Below, in pieces: positions 18,358 to 28,231 of a stretch of 56,503 bases of DNA (position 1 is the first letter of the stretch; every line of letters starts with the position of its first letter). Location: the NCBI GenBank assembly GCA_031416315.1, contig JANOTL010000105.1, positions 1 through 56,503 on the forward strand, written 5' to 3'. The translations under genes and the position numbers were made by a program. The stretch is from Pseudomonadota bacterium (GTDB taxonomy: Bacteria; Bdellovibrionota_B; Oligoflexia; Oligoflexales; CAIYRB01). A model generated the notes under the pieces. The model made no database searches, had not been told where the DNA came from, and saw nothing but the letters and a program-made list of their open reading frames with translations.

Positions 18358-19539
18358 CTAAAGCCCGACCGAAAGCCGCGCGAAGAACCGCTCGTCGCGG
18401 CGCGCGCCCGCGCGGCTTCCGAGCTCCTCCGCATACGTGCCGGCCTCGAGCCGCACGAGTACGAGATCGAGGAAGGCGCCGGCCGTCGCGTAGCCTTCGT
18501 AGAGCCCGCCCTGGAGACCCAAGGTGCCGCTGAGCCAAAGCTCGGCGCCGGCCCTGAGACGTGCGAAGTCCTGGACGGCGCCGTAAGCGCGCCCGAGGTC
18601 CTTGCAATCGAGCATGAGGCGTAAGAAGTAAGGTCCCAGCGCCGCCTCGCCCCCGAGTCCGAGATCGGCGGTCTGCCGCAGATTCAAGCCTTTCCCGGAG
18701 ACTGCGGTGTCGCCGATGTCGCGCAGGACGAAGCCGGCCCAAGCGCGTTCCTTACCGCCGGATTTTGCGGTGCGGTAGGTCAGGCCTAGATCGCCGCCGC
18801 GCCCGCGGCCGCGCTGAAACGCGTCGCCGGCTGCGATTTTTTCGCGCATCGCGGCCGCGTCACTATCGAGCGTGAGGCTCTCGTGGCCTGCGCCGCGCTC
18901 GAAATAGCGGAAAGTCGCGCCGACGAAGAGCCGGTCGGGGACCACGTCGTGCCCCCCGCCTGCCGTCAAGCCGACGTAAGCGTCGGCGCGCGCCGTCGCC
19001 GTCTCCAGGCCGCCGTAGTCCGCATTCTTGAAGACGATCGCGTCGGCGCGCGCGGAGCTGAAGGCGCCGATGGCGACGCGCCGGAAGACGACGCCGCTGA
19101 AGTGCGCCGCGCCGACGTGCACGTTCTTGCCGATCACCGCTTGCGCGAGCTCCACCGGATCCGCGTCGCCGGAAAAGCCGTCGCGATAGAGCTCGACGCT
19201 CGCTTTCGAGGTCTCCGCCATCGTCGAGGCCAGGACGATGCGCTTGACCACCGCCGTCTCTGGCTTGCGATTGATGTTCTCTTCGAAGGTCGGAAAACGA
19301 AGAAAAGTTGACTTGGCCAAAGGCGGGGCGTCGAAGAGCGCGAGGCCCGCCGGATTCACGAAGAGCGCGTCTTCGTAGTCCGCGAACGCGAGCCCCGCGC
19401 CGCCGCGGCCGAGCATCGCAGCCGAGCGATAGGGCTCGGGGAGCGGCGCTGCCGCGATGTCGGCCGCGTTCGCCGCGCCGGCCGCGAACGTCCACCCTAA
19501 AAGCAACAAGGGGCGGAAGTATCTGCCGAGAGTTCTCAC
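18358..19539 (-). CDS. TraF/PorV-like outer-membrane beta-barrel
   Basis: Signal peptide; MLGRGGAG.A....ALFVNPAGL; C-terminal TYAEELG..RFFARLSVGL. Confidence 0.7.
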   Translation of the reverse strand: MRTLGRYFRPLLLLGWTFAAGAANAADIAAAPLPEPYRSAAMLGRGGAGLAFADYEDALFVNPAGLALFDAPPLAKSTFLRFPTFEENINRKPETAVVKRIVLASTMAETSKASVELYRDGFSGDADPVELAQAVIGKNVHVGAAHFSGVVFRRVAIGAFSSARADAIVFKNADYGGLETATARADAYVGLTAGGGHDVVPDRLFVGATFRYFERGAGHESLTLDSDAAAMREKIAAGDAFQRGRGRGGDLGLTYRTAKSGGKERAWAGFVLRDIGDTAVSGKGLNLRQTADLGLGGEAALGPYFLRLMLDCKDLGRAYGAVQDFARLRAGAELWLSGTLGLQGGLYEGYATAGAFLDLVLVRLEAGTYAEELGSRAGARRDERFFARLSVGL

Positions 19540-19715
19540 CTCATCCCTTCAAGCCGTCTTGACGTGGACTCGACGCTTATTTCGCCAATCGTATCAGGAC
19601 CCTTCCTCCTGTTACAGGGCTTTTACAAAGCCGTGACCCTGGCGTTACCGACCGCAGCCGATGGAGGCGCTAGGGTGATCGAAGATTCCGCCTCTCCCTT
19701 GCAGGAAGTCGCCGC

Positions 19716-20660
19716 ATGCAAACGCAAACTCGCAAGCTCCAAGTCGCCAAGGCCCCGATGGCACCCGACTGGCCGATCATCGGCTGGTTCGCGGGCCTTC
19801 ATGCCCTTGCGATCTTCGGCCCGATCTTCGTCGGCGTGTCGACGACCGCGATCGTCGTGACCGTGATCCTCTACTTCGTCACCGGCATGCTCGGCATCAC
19901 GCTCGGCTACCATCGCCTCCTGACGCACCGGACCTTCAAGGCCCCGCGCTGGGTCGAGCGCACGCTCGCGACCTTCGGCGTCCTGGCGCTCCAGCGCGGT
20001 CCCTTCGACTGGGTCGGCCATCATCGGATGCACCATTCTTTCACCGACACCGGCAAAGACCCGCACGATTCCAACGAGGGTTTCTGGTGGAGCCACATCG
20101 GCTGGATGTGCCGCAAGAATCCCGAGATCACCGACCACGCCAAGCTGAAGCGCTTCGCCCGTGACATCGCCCAGGATCCGTACCTCATGGCGCTCTCCGG
20201 CGTTTGGCCGCAGGTCGGCCTGCAGGTGGCGCTCGGCCTTCTCCTCTGGGCCGTCTTCGACCTGCAGACGATGATCTGGGGCGTCTTCGTGCGCGCCGCC
20301 GTCGTCTACCACGTCACCTGGTTCGTCAACAGCGCGACCCACAAGTGGGGCTACCGCAACTACGAGACCAAGGACTCCTCGTCCAACAACTGGTGGGTCG
20401 GACTCCTCGCCTTCGGCGAAGGTTGGCACAACAACCACCACACGCACCCCGACATCGCGCCTGCCGGCCACAAATGGTGGGAGTTCGACCTCACCTGGCA
20501 AGTGATCAAGCTGATGCGCCTCGTCGGCCTCGCCTATGACGTGAAGGTGCTCCCTGCGGAAGGCTCCGACGTCGAGCCCGCGCGTCCGCGGCCCCGCAAG
20601 ATCGCGGTCGCAGGCGGCGGCGGCGCGGCAGAGATCGCAATGTACGACGCGAAGGACTGA
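19716..20660 (+). CDS. Delta-9-type fatty acid (acyl-CoA/lipid) desaturase
   Basis: His boxes YHRLLTH, HRMHH, GEGWHNNHH; FVNSATH. Confidence 0.95.
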   Translation: MQTQTRKLQVAKAPMAPDWPIIGWFAGLHALAIFGPIFVGVSTTAIVVTVILYFVTGMLGITLGYHRLLTHRTFKAPRWVERTLATFGVLALQRGPFDWVGHHRMHHSFTDTGKDPHDSNEGFWWSHIGWMCRKNPEITDHAKLKRFARDIAQDPYLMALSGVWPQVGLQVALGLLLWAVFDLQTMIWGVFVRAAVVYHVTWFVNSATHKWGYRNYETKDSSSNNWWVGLLAFGEGWHNNHHTHPDIAPAGHKWWEFDLTWQVIKLMRLVGLAYDVKVLPAEGSDVEPARPRPRKIAVAGGGGAAEIAMYDAKD

Positions 20661-20805
20661 GTCCTCGAAGCCACAGTTGCGCCGCGGACGGACGATCCTG
20701 TTCGTCACAGTCACAAAACGATACCGACCTTCGCGATGTTCTCATGTCTTGCCAATGCCGCGCCCTGCGTGGCATTGACGTTTCGTGAGAAGGACGGCGC
20801 GCGAC

Positions 20806-20821
20806 TGGCACGCTGCATGCT
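20806..20821 (+). promoter_or_regulatory. Sigma54 (-24/-12) promoter
   Basis: TGGCACgctgcatGCT with exact GG-N10-GC spacing, about 35 nt upstream of ATG 20855. Confidence 0.7.
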
Positions 20822-20854
20822 CTACGCCTCCGCACACCGATGGAGGACCTGGAC

Positions 20855-21859
20855 ATGAAATACGTGCTGCCGATGTTTCTCATCACCGCCGCCTTGGGCG
20901 GCTGCTACATGGAAGTCCACGACGAGAAGAACGGTGCGGGCCGGATCGGGGGCGAAAACACCGACAGCGTCGACGCGCAAGCGCCTCGCGAGGGCGTCAG
21001 CGCTTGCGAGGAGGGCGTCCGCGGCGACTACGGCCAATGCTTCGAGAATGAGGACTTCACCTGGCGCACGAGCTGCAAGAAAGCCTCGTGCCAAGAGGTG
21101 AAAGTCTTCGCGCACTACATGCTGAAGGACGAGCGCGGCGAGAACCAGCCGGTGCAGGTCGAGGCCTTCGACAATCCGTACTTCTTGGGCGCCCCTAGCG
21201 CCACGGTCGCGCTGACGCATTTCTCCGCGCGCCCCGGCTTTTGGCAGGACGTGAGCCTCTATCTCGAGCCGGGCGAGTACTATCTGCGCGCTTACATGAC
21301 GAGCGGGAACGAGGCTCTGAAGCCCTACCAATTCGGTGGCATGACGCTCGTCCAGAACGCGCCGGTCGGCGTTTACGGCGCGCTTTCCGGCGCCGAGATG
21401 CTGCGGGTCGCCCCGCGTGCGCAGAATCCCTACCCTGCACCGGTGCACATTTACCTAGACCGCGAGTTCAAAGATCCGAGCGCCGAGCCCGCGACCAACG
21501 CGCACATACGCTTTGCGCTCGCGCTCGCCGAGGGCACGACCGCGCCTGACGGCCGTGAGGTGCGCATTCGCCTGCACCACACGACCGATCTCGACGCGCA
21601 GCCGGTCTACGAGTTCGCAATGCCGACCGAGCTCCTCCTCGTCACCGGCCGCGTCGGCCGCGCCGACTATCTGACGCCCGAGCTCGAGGAAGGCGACTAC
21701 ATCGCCTATGTTTACATCGACGCCAACGGCAACAAGCTGCACGACGACGGCGAGCTCGGCGCGCTCTACAAGCAGAACGGTCAGCCCTTCGCCGTTCACG
21801 TCGCGAAGGACCGGACCGTGCCGGTCGAGCTCACGCTCGCGGCGGATCCCGTCCTCTAA
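20855..21859 (+). CDS. Lipoprotein with tandem beta-sandwich-like domains
   Basis: Lipobox LGGC; LEPGEYYL and LEEGDYIAYVYIDANGN motifs; GGAGG RBS. Confidence 0.75.
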   Translation: MKYVLPMFLITAALGGCYMEVHDEKNGAGRIGGENTDSVDAQAPREGVSACEEGVRGDYGQCFENEDFTWRTSCKKASCQEVKVFAHYMLKDERGENQPVQVEAFDNPYFLGAPSATVALTHFSARPGFWQDVSLYLEPGEYYLRAYMTSGNEALKPYQFGGMTLVQNAPVGVYGALSGAEMLRVAPRAQNPYPAPVHIYLDREFKDPSAEPATNAHIRFALALAEGTTAPDGREVRIRLHHTTDLDAQPVYEFAMPTELLLVTGRVGRADYLTPELEEGDYIAYVYIDANGNKLHDDGELGALYKQNGQPFAVHVAKDRTVPVELTLAADPVL

Positions 21860-22003
21860 AAAGACCGAGAACGAGTTCGTGCCGTCCGGGGCGGCATGAC
21901 GTCCGTCCTCATCCCCCAGATCGGCGGCTTCCCGGTCTGGGGGCCTTCGTGCGAGAATGAGCGCAGACTTTCGCCCCCATCGCCAAAGACCTGCGGAGAG
22001 CCC

Positions 22004-23374
22004 ATGCGTTACGCGCTCTTGCTCGCGTTCGTCGTCCTTTGTCCGGCGGCGCGCGCCAATCCCCATCCGGATCCGCAGGCGGTGCCGCAGGACGCGCCGG
22101 CATTCTTCGCGAAGGACGTCGGCACCAATCCCGGCCGCGTCCTCGATGCCGCCGACGTCCTGCGCCGGTCCCTGCCGATGCTGCGGGTGCGTATCGACCA
22201 TGACGCCGCGCAGGAAAGTTGGAGCTTCGGCCGGGCCGTGCGCGAGGACTCGGGCACGCCCGGGCTTGTCGGGCGCTCCGCCCATCGAGATCCTTACGGC
22301 AGCTACCGCGCCGAGCTGGTCGACTCGCTCGGCGCGGTGATCGCGCACGACGCGCTCGGCACCGGCTCGCAGATGCGCCTTCTGACGCGCGCGCTCTCCT
22401 TCCGGTTCCCGATGCCGGCCGCTTTTCCCGTCCTTCTGCGCATCTACGCCGAGAATCCGCAGTCGGGAGAAATCGAGCTCGTCCTCGTGCGCGAGCTCGC
22501 CCTCGTCGACGTCGAGACCAGCGGAGAATCGCGGCACTTTCAACCGCCGGAAATTCGCGAGCTACGCTCCGCAACGGCGGCGCCCAAAGTCGTGATGACG
22601 ATTTACGCCGAGGCCTACCGCGAGGCTCGCCGCGCAACGTTTTTCGAGGACGCCGCGCGTCTCGTGCGGGCGCTCGACGCCAGCGATTTCCCGTTGAAGG
22701 AGCGTATCGAGGTCCTGGCCGTGTTTTCGCCAAGCGCCAACGCTCTCGGCGCCGCCCGCGACCTCGGCCGGCCGATCCCCGAGCGCGACTCTTTCCTCGG
22801 CCTTTACTTCCCGTACTGGAACGACTTCGGTCGCTGGTATCACGTCGTGTACCCGACCCGCGAGGAGCGCTTCCGCGCCGCGTTGGCGAGCGCGCCTTAC
22901 GACTATCCCGTCGCCTTGGTCGACGACTCGGCTTACTGGGGCGTCGGCAACTACCGCGAGCTCACGGCGATCCCAGCGCGCAACGGCTCCTTCACGTACC
23001 TCTTCCTGCACGAGCTGGGGCACTCGTTCGGCTTGAACGAGGAATACGAAGGCGGCGGCCCTACGGAGCTGCAGTTCGCGACCGACGTCGAGGAGCCGTG
23101 GTCGCAAAACATCACCTTTCTACGCAATCCGGCGGCTCTCAAGTGGCGTGAGCACGTCGCGACGACGACGCCGATCCCGACCCCGGCCTCCTACTGGCGC
23201 ACCGTGGGACGCTTTGGCGCCTATCCGGGCGGCTATGCCGACAGCGAGCCGCAGGGCCAGAGTCACAAGCCTGGATTCGCGTGCACGATGGCCTCCGGCG
23301 CGACTTTTTGCCCCATTTGCCGGCAGGCCCTGGAGACGCAGGTGCGCTTCGACGCCGGCGAGGCTCGGCGCTAA
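22004..23374 (+). CDS. M64 family (IgA peptidase-like) metallopeptidase
   Basis: Signal peptide; HELGHSFGLNEEY, PWSQNIT, LKW, CTM..FCPIC. Confidence 0.85.
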   Translation: MRYALLLAFVVLCPAARANPHPDPQAVPQDAPAFFAKDVGTNPGRVLDAADVLRRSLPMLRVRIDHDAAQESWSFGRAVREDSGTPGLVGRSAHRDPYGSYRAELVDSLGAVIAHDALGTGSQMRLLTRALSFRFPMPAAFPVLLRIYAENPQSGEIELVLVRELALVDVETSGESRHFQPPEIRELRSATAAPKVVMTIYAEAYREARRATFFEDAARLVRALDASDFPLKERIEVLAVFSPSANALGAARDLGRPIPERDSFLGLYFPYWNDFGRWYHVVYPTREERFRAALASAPYDYPVALVDDSAYWGVGNYRELTAIPARNGSFTYLFLHELGHSFGLNEEYEGGGPTELQFATDVEEPWSQNITFLRNPAALKWREHVATTTPIPTPASYWRTVGRFGAYPGGYADSEPQGQSHKPGFACTMASGATFCPICRQALETQVRFDAGEARR

Positions 23375-23444
23375 CCCTCCGTCGTCATTCACCTGTACAC
23401 TGTTCCTGAGTGAGACTCTTTCCTCGGTCGGAGCGGCGGACTCG

Positions 23445-24446
23445 ATGGCGCGACGTGGTCTGGATCAGATGTCGGCATGGATCCTCGCGATCTTCGCGAG
23501 CGGCGCGGTCTTCGGCGGCGGCGTCGTCGTCGCGAAGGTCATCGCCAAGCGCGGCCACGGCGGCGCCGCGCACGGCGGAGGGCACGCGCCTGCTTCTGGC
23601 GAGCACGGCAGCGTCCACGGCGCGGCTCCCGAAGGCCACGTCAGCGCAGCCGGCGGTGACGACACACCGGCTGGACCCGGCAGCGGCGCGCACGGGGATG
23701 CGGCAAAAGGCGACCACGATTCCGGCGCGCACGGGACGAACGGCACGAAGGCGCCCTCGTCCGCCCACGGTCCGCGCTGGGAATACAAGGGCTCCGCCGG
23801 CCCCGACCGCTGGTCGGAGCTGACCGAAGCCTTCAAAACCTGCAAGGTGGGCGGCCAACAGTCCCCGATCGACATCGACGCGCCGGTGAGCAACGGCAAG
23901 CTGCTCCCGATCCATTTCGAGTACAAGCAAGCGGACGTGAAGGTCGTCAACGAAGGCCATTCGCTCCAGTTGAGCTACCCGCACGGCAACTACGTGGAAA
24001 TCGACGGCGAGCGCTTCGACCTCCAACAAATCCATTTCCACACGCCGAGCGAGCACAAGGTCGCCGGCATTCCTTACGACTTCGAGCTGCATCTCGTGCA
24101 CAAGAACGCCGAGGGCCGCCTTGCCGTCGTCTCCGTGCTCTTCGAGGAGGGCGGCGCCGCGCCGACGCTCGAGAAGATCCTCCTCGCCGCCCGGCGCGAG
24201 GCGGGAACCGCCGGCGAGGAGATCGCGATCGACGCGAATGTCTTCCTGCCGAAGAAGCGGAACTACTACAATTATCAGGGCTCGCTCACCACGCCCCCCT
24301 GCTCGGAAGGCGTGCGCTGGTTCGTCCTCGCCCAGCCGATGGCGATCGGCGCGAAGCAGGTCGACGCCTTCGTCTCGCTCGTAAGCTTCAACGCGCGGCC
24401 AGTTCAACCGCTCAAGGGCCGTCGCGTCCTCAAAAGCGCGCGTTGA
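23445..24446 (+). CDS. Alpha-carbonic anhydrase with TM anchor and His/Gly-rich linker
   Basis: QQSPIDI, QIHFHTPSEH, ELHLVH, GSLTTPPCSEGVRW, NARPVQ. Confidence 0.95.
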   Translation: MARRGLDQMSAWILAIFASGAVFGGGVVVAKVIAKRGHGGAAHGGGHAPASGEHGSVHGAAPEGHVSAAGGDDTPAGPGSGAHGDAAKGDHDSGAHGTNGTKAPSSAHGPRWEYKGSAGPDRWSELTEAFKTCKVGGQQSPIDIDAPVSNGKLLPIHFEYKQADVKVVNEGHSLQLSYPHGNYVEIDGERFDLQQIHFHTPSEHKVAGIPYDFELHLVHKNAEGRLAVVSVLFEEGGAAPTLEKILLAARREAGTAGEEIAIDANVFLPKKRNYYNYQGSLTTPPCSEGVRWFVLAQPMAIGAKQVDAFVSLVSFNARPVQPLKGRRVLKSAR

Positions 24447-25189
24447 GACTCGCCCCTGGCGGACGCGATCTCCGCGAGGACCACCTTGCGCCTTGCCGCG
24501 AGGAACCAAACGCGGACGATCGCCTCGGCCACGATCGAGCCCGACATCTTCGACTGGCCGGCGCGCCTTTCCTCGAACTGGATCGGCACCTCGACGATCG
24601 GATAGCCAGCGAGCGCGGCGCGGTATTTCAGCTCGATCTGGAACGAGTAGCCCTCGCTCCGCACGTCGCCCAGGCCGATCGTCTCGATCACCTCGCGGCG
24701 CCAGGCGTTGAAGCCCCCGGTGAAATCCTGAACGGGGATCCCGAGCGCGAGGCGCGCGTACATGCTGCCGCACTGGCTGATGAGCTTACGCCAGCGGTTC
24801 CAGTTCAGGGTCCCGCCGCCCGCGACGTAGCGGCTGCCGACGACGACGGCGGCGTTCTCCAGCGCCTTCAAGATGACGGCCAGGTCGATCGCCCGATGCG
24901 ACAGGTCGGCGTCCATCTCGACCACGGCGCCGTAGCCGCGGGCCAAGGCCCACCGGAAGCCATCCACGTAGGCCGTGCCGAGGCCGAGCTTGCCCGAGCG
25001 GGGGAGAAGAAAGAGCCGGTCGGGCTCCTTCGCTATGCGCTCCTGGAGGACGGAGCGGGTGCCGTCCTGGCTGGCGTCGTCGACGAAAAGGACGTGAATC
25101 CCCGGCGCATGCGCCGCGATCCCGTCCAGGAGCGGCCCGACGTTCGCCGCCTCATTGTACGTTGGCACGACGACGAGCGTCCGGGACAT
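24404..25189 (-). CDS. Polyprenol monophosphomannose synthase (DPM1/Ppm1-like GT2)
   Basis: VPTYNE, VDDASQDGT, KLGLGTAY, MDADLSH, GSRYV, GYSFQIE, SKMS. Confidence 0.92.
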   Translation of the reverse strand: MSRTLVVVPTYNEAANVGPLLDGIAAHAPGIHVLFVDDASQDGTRSVLQERIAKEPDRLFLLPRSGKLGLGTAYVDGFRWALARGYGAVVEMDADLSHRAIDLAVILKALENAAVVVGSRYVAGGGTLNWNRWRKLISQCGSMYARLALGIPVQDFTGGFNAWRREVIETIGLGDVRSEGYSFQIELKYRAALAGYPIVEVPIQFEERRAGQSKMSGSIVAEAIVRVWFLAARRKVVLAEIASARGESQRALLRTRRPLSG

Positions 25190-25266
25190 GGAAAAACCGC
25201 CGCGGTTGTGGACGAAAACCCCCCTGTTGTATGATTTCCCCGCCCTCACGTAAAGAGCCTCCCGCG

Positions 25267-25530
25267 ATGAGCCATGACCAAAAAAAGACCGACAACGTCG
25301 TGGATATCGCCGCCGCGCGGCGGCGCTCGCGCACCCTCGCGAAAAAAGAAAAAGAGGACGCCAAGGCCGCGGCCCGCGGCGCCAACGGCGCCAACGGCGC
25401 CCGCAAAGGCGGCAGCGGCGGCACGGCCCCGAAGCCTTCGCCCGGTCGGTCGGTCGTCGCCGCGATCCAGCTCGTCATCTTCCTCGCCGGGCTCTTCTAC
25501 ATGACTCAGCTCTGCAGGGGACCGGGCTGA
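25267..25530 (+). CDS. Small basic protein with C-terminal TM helix
   Basis: NVVDIAAARRR motif, K/R-rich, hydrophobic C-terminus. Confidence 0.65.
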   Translation: MSHDQKKTDNVVDIAAARRRSRTLAKKEKEDAKAAARGANGANGARKGGSGGTAPKPSPGRSVVAAIQLVIFLAGLFYMTQLCRGPG

Positions 25531-25796
25531 CGCGATAAGGCCCATTCGGCCGCGGTCATGTCCCGCTTCTTCGTGTTGCAGTCCTTGCACGCCGGAACGC
25601 AGTTCCCCTTCGTCGAGAAGCCGCCCATGCCGAGCGGAACGACGTGGTCGAGGGTCACTTCGCTGCGCTTCAGCGCGCGCTCGCAGTAATAGCACTTTGC
25701 GTTCGCGGCGAGGTTTTGCCACCAACGGCTCTTACGGAGCTCGCGGGCCTTGTCGCGCTCGTGCTGAATGTGGGCGTCGCTGACGTCGAATTCCAT
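25506..25796 (-). CDS. Small HNH endonuclease-family protein
   Basis: CYYC..TLDHVVPL..GG.STKGNCVPACKDCN. Confidence 0.92.
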   Translation of the reverse strand: MEFDVSDAHIQHERDKARELRKSRWWQNLAANAKCYYCERALKRSEVTLDHVVPLGMGGFSTKGNCVPACKDCNTKKRDMTAAEWALSRQPGPLQS

Positions 25797-25818
25797 CGGC
25801 GCAGTCTATATCACAAGC

Positions 25819-26607
25819 TCAGTCGGAGCCGGCGTCGCGACGGCTAAAGACGATGCAAGCAACGGTAATTAATATCAATATCATGACCGCGCCGTAGCTC
25901 GCTCGCACGCCGAGCTCCATGCCCCCGGGAAACTGCCCGCTCACGGCGCGGTCGACTACGAGAAATTGCTGCAGGTCCCAGAGCCTTGCGACGCCGCGCA
26001 CGGCGAGCTTCAAGCCGTCGGGACTCTCCTTCGACAGGGTCGCCGCGACGAGCGCGCTGGCGAGCCCGACGATCCACGCGGAGAGGGTCGCGAACATGGC
26101 GATCGCCTGACCGCAAAAGCTGGCGAACATCGTCGCCGTGGCCGCCAGCACGAGCCAGCCCAGAAGCATCAGGCCGAAGGCGGTCAGCTGGTCCGGGGTC
26201 ATCAGCCCGAATTCGTTCAGGTACATGAACACCTGCCAGACCGCGAGAAGCAGGGCGAACAAGGCGGAGAGCGCCAGAGAAAGCCCCAGGAACTTGCCGA
26301 CGAGCCACGGCGCGCGGCCGATCGGCGCCGCGAGCTGCACCTCGAGGGCGCCTTGCTGCCGCGAGTCGGCGACCGACTTCACGCCCCAGAAGATGGCCAC
26401 CGCCGAGCCGACGAGCTGAAAGCCGAAGGCGCCGACGTCGAACAGGATTTTGCCGAATTCCTCGACGCTCCAGTCGCTCGCGAGGTTGGCGATCAGGACC
26501 ACCGCGATGCCGAAGAAGAGCGCCGGCAAGAAGACGCGGTCGCGCTTCAAGAGGAGGAGGGTCTCGCCGGTAACGAGGCGAAGAGCGCGCAAGTGCGTGG
26601 CGATCAT
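25819..26607 (-). CDS. ABC-2-type permease, PilI-like
   Basis: About 6 TM; APIGR..WLVGKFLG, FSRRD end; coupled to the ATPase. Confidence 0.85.
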   Translation of the reverse strand: MIATHLRALRLVTGETLLLLKRDRVFLPALFFGIAVVLIANLASDWSVEEFGKILFDVGAFGFQLVGSAVAIFWGVKSVADSRQQGALEVQLAAPIGRAPWLVGKFLGLSLALSALFALLLAVWQVFMYLNEFGLMTPDQLTAFGLMLLGWLVLAATATMFASFCGQAIAMFATLSAWIVGLASALVAATLSKESPDGLKLAVRGVARLWDLQQFLVVDRAVSGQFPGGMELGVRASYGAVMILILITVACIVFSRRDAGSD

Positions 26608-27587
26608 ACGGGACCTCCCACCGTAAAGTAGGGGAGGAGCTCCTCGTCCGAAGCGAAGGTCTCGTCGGCGAAGCGAACGACGAGGAAGCCGCGCCGCGTC
26701 AGCGCCGTGATCCACGCCATCGCCTGCGCGTGCGAGGCGAAGGAAAGGATCGAGAGAAAGCCGTCCTTCGCCAGGCCGCTCCAGGGCGAAAGCTCTCCGG
26801 CCGCATCGATTAGGACCTTGGTGAGCGCCGCCTCCTCGGCTCCGGATACGTGCACGACGTGCCGCGTCGCACGCGCCAGGTGCGCGACTCCCGTCGTGCC
26901 GCCCTCGACTGGGAGGGAGCTCAAGACGAGGCGGCCCTGCTTCAATATATGGAGCTCGTCGCAAAGCTGCTTCACCTGCGAGAGCTCGTGCGTGCACAGA
27001 ACGATGCTGGTGCCGCGTGCCTTCTCCTCGTCGATCCAGCGCAGCATCTCGCGGCGGCCGGCGGGATCTAGACCGGAAGCGGGCTCGTCCAGGATCAAGA
27101 GCTCGGGACGATGCACGACGGCTTGCGCCCAGGCGAGGCGCCGGGCCATGCCCTTCGACAGGTGGCCGATGCGTTTTTTCGCATGGCCCGCGAGGCCGAC
27201 GGCAGCCAGGCTCCGCTCGACGGCGGCCTGTCTCTGGGCGCTCGACTCGATGCCTTTCGGCCGAAAGAGCGCGAGGTGGCGCGTCAGGATCTCGGCCGGC
27301 GTCAGCGCTGCGGGGAGCTTGTTCACCTCGGGCATGTAACCCAGAAGGCGGCGCGCCTCGATGCCGAGCGGCGCGCCGAAGGCCTCGACCAAGCCTTGGT
27401 CCGGGCGTACGAGGCCGAGCACGAGGCGAATGGCCGTGGTCTTTCCAGCGCCGTTGTGACCAAGGAGGCCCGTGACCTTCCCCGTGGGAAAGCGGCAGCT
27501 CAAGCCGTCGAGCGCGACCTGCGGCTTCTTCAGGAGGTCGCCCTTGTAAACTTTGCGCAGAGACTGCAAGACGAGCGCGTCGCTCAT
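26604..27587 (-). CDS. ABC transporter ATP-binding protein, PilH-like
   Basis: GHNGAGKTT, LSKGM, LILDEPASGLDP, CTH. Confidence 0.92.
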   Translation of the reverse strand: MSDALVLQSLRKVYKGDLLKKPQVALDGLSCRFPTGKVTGLLGHNGAGKTTAIRLVLGLVRPDQGLVEAFGAPLGIEARRLLGYMPEVNKLPAALTPAEILTRHLALFRPKGIESSAQRQAAVERSLAAVGLAGHAKKRIGHLSKGMARRLAWAQAVVHRPELLILDEPASGLDPAGRREMLRWIDEEKARGTSIVLCTHELSQVKQLCDELHILKQGRLVLSSLPVEGGTTGVAHLARATRHVVHVSGAEEAALTKVLIDAAGELSPWSGLAKDGFLSILSFASHAQAMAWITALTRRGFLVVRFADETFASDEELLPYFTVGGPV

Positions 27588-28231
27588 GGTTTTCTCCGTC
27601 CCTCCAGGAGCGCCTTCATGCCTTTGCCGAGGAGGCCCTGTCGCGTCGTCTCCAGGTCTTCGCTCGTCAGCTCGCGCAGTTCGATCAGCTTCGCCGTCAG
27701 GCTCTTCAGAAATTCGGGCGCGCCGGGGCGCGACGACGCGAGCCCGTAGTGCACGGCGGCGCTCTTGAGATCCTTCAGCTCGTACGCGTAGATGTAGCCT
27801 TGCAGCATCGGAATCCTCCAGCCGTCCGGGAAGGCCTGGAGGCCGTCGAGCGTGAGCTTTTCGCAGGCTTCGGGGCGCTTGAAGTCGAAGGCGACGACGA
27901 AGCACGCGAGCATGTAGAAGGTCTCGATCTTCGGCCGATGGCGCGAGACCTCGAGGACGAGCTTCTCCAGATCCTCGCCGCGAACGGCAGCGAGCCGCGC
28001 ATCCATAAGCGTCTGCACCATCCAGATGGCGACGACGTCGTCATAGAGGCCGCGATGGCCGAGCGTGACGACGTCGAGAAGCCGCGAGTCGAGGCGCGTG
28101 AGCGGGGGGCGCGCGAGCAGATCGTACGCGCGCGCGCCGTAAGCGGCGGTGTGCCCCGAGAGCGCCCACAAGGCCGCCGAAAGCGCGCCGAGCCAGAGGG
28201 TCGCGACCAGCGCGACTCCCGCGCGCTTCAT
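27584..28231 (-). CDS. PilG-like membrane-anchored helical (TPR-like) protein
   Basis: N-terminal TM; G..AFPDGWRIPMLQGY.Y.YEL.D...A..Y..AS..PGAP; directly upstream of the ATPase and permease, as in myxobacterial pilGHI. Confidence 0.65.
   Translation of the reverse strand: MKRAGVALVATLWLGALSAALWALSGHTAAYGARAYDLLARPPLTRLDSRLLDVVTLGHRGLYDDVVAIWMVQTLMDARLAAVRGEDLEKLVLEVSRHRPKIETFYMLACFVVAFDFKRPEACEKLTLDGLQAFPDGWRIPMLQGYIYAYELKDLKSAAVHYGLASSRPGAPEFLKSLTAKLIELRELTSEDLETTRQGLLGKGMKALLEGRRKP

Noticed and set aside
18358..19539. TraF-like gene as evidence of a conjugative element
   Set aside because: No relaxase, VirB4, coupling protein or integrase nearby; composition is host-like
19655..19700. 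Fluoride riboswitch-like GATGGAG
   Set aside because: Pseudoknot partner and P1 not evident; downstream gene is a desaturase
25506..25796. HNH as a homing endonuclease or defence system
   Set aside because: Minimal stand-alone HNH with no intron, methylase or other defence genes beside it
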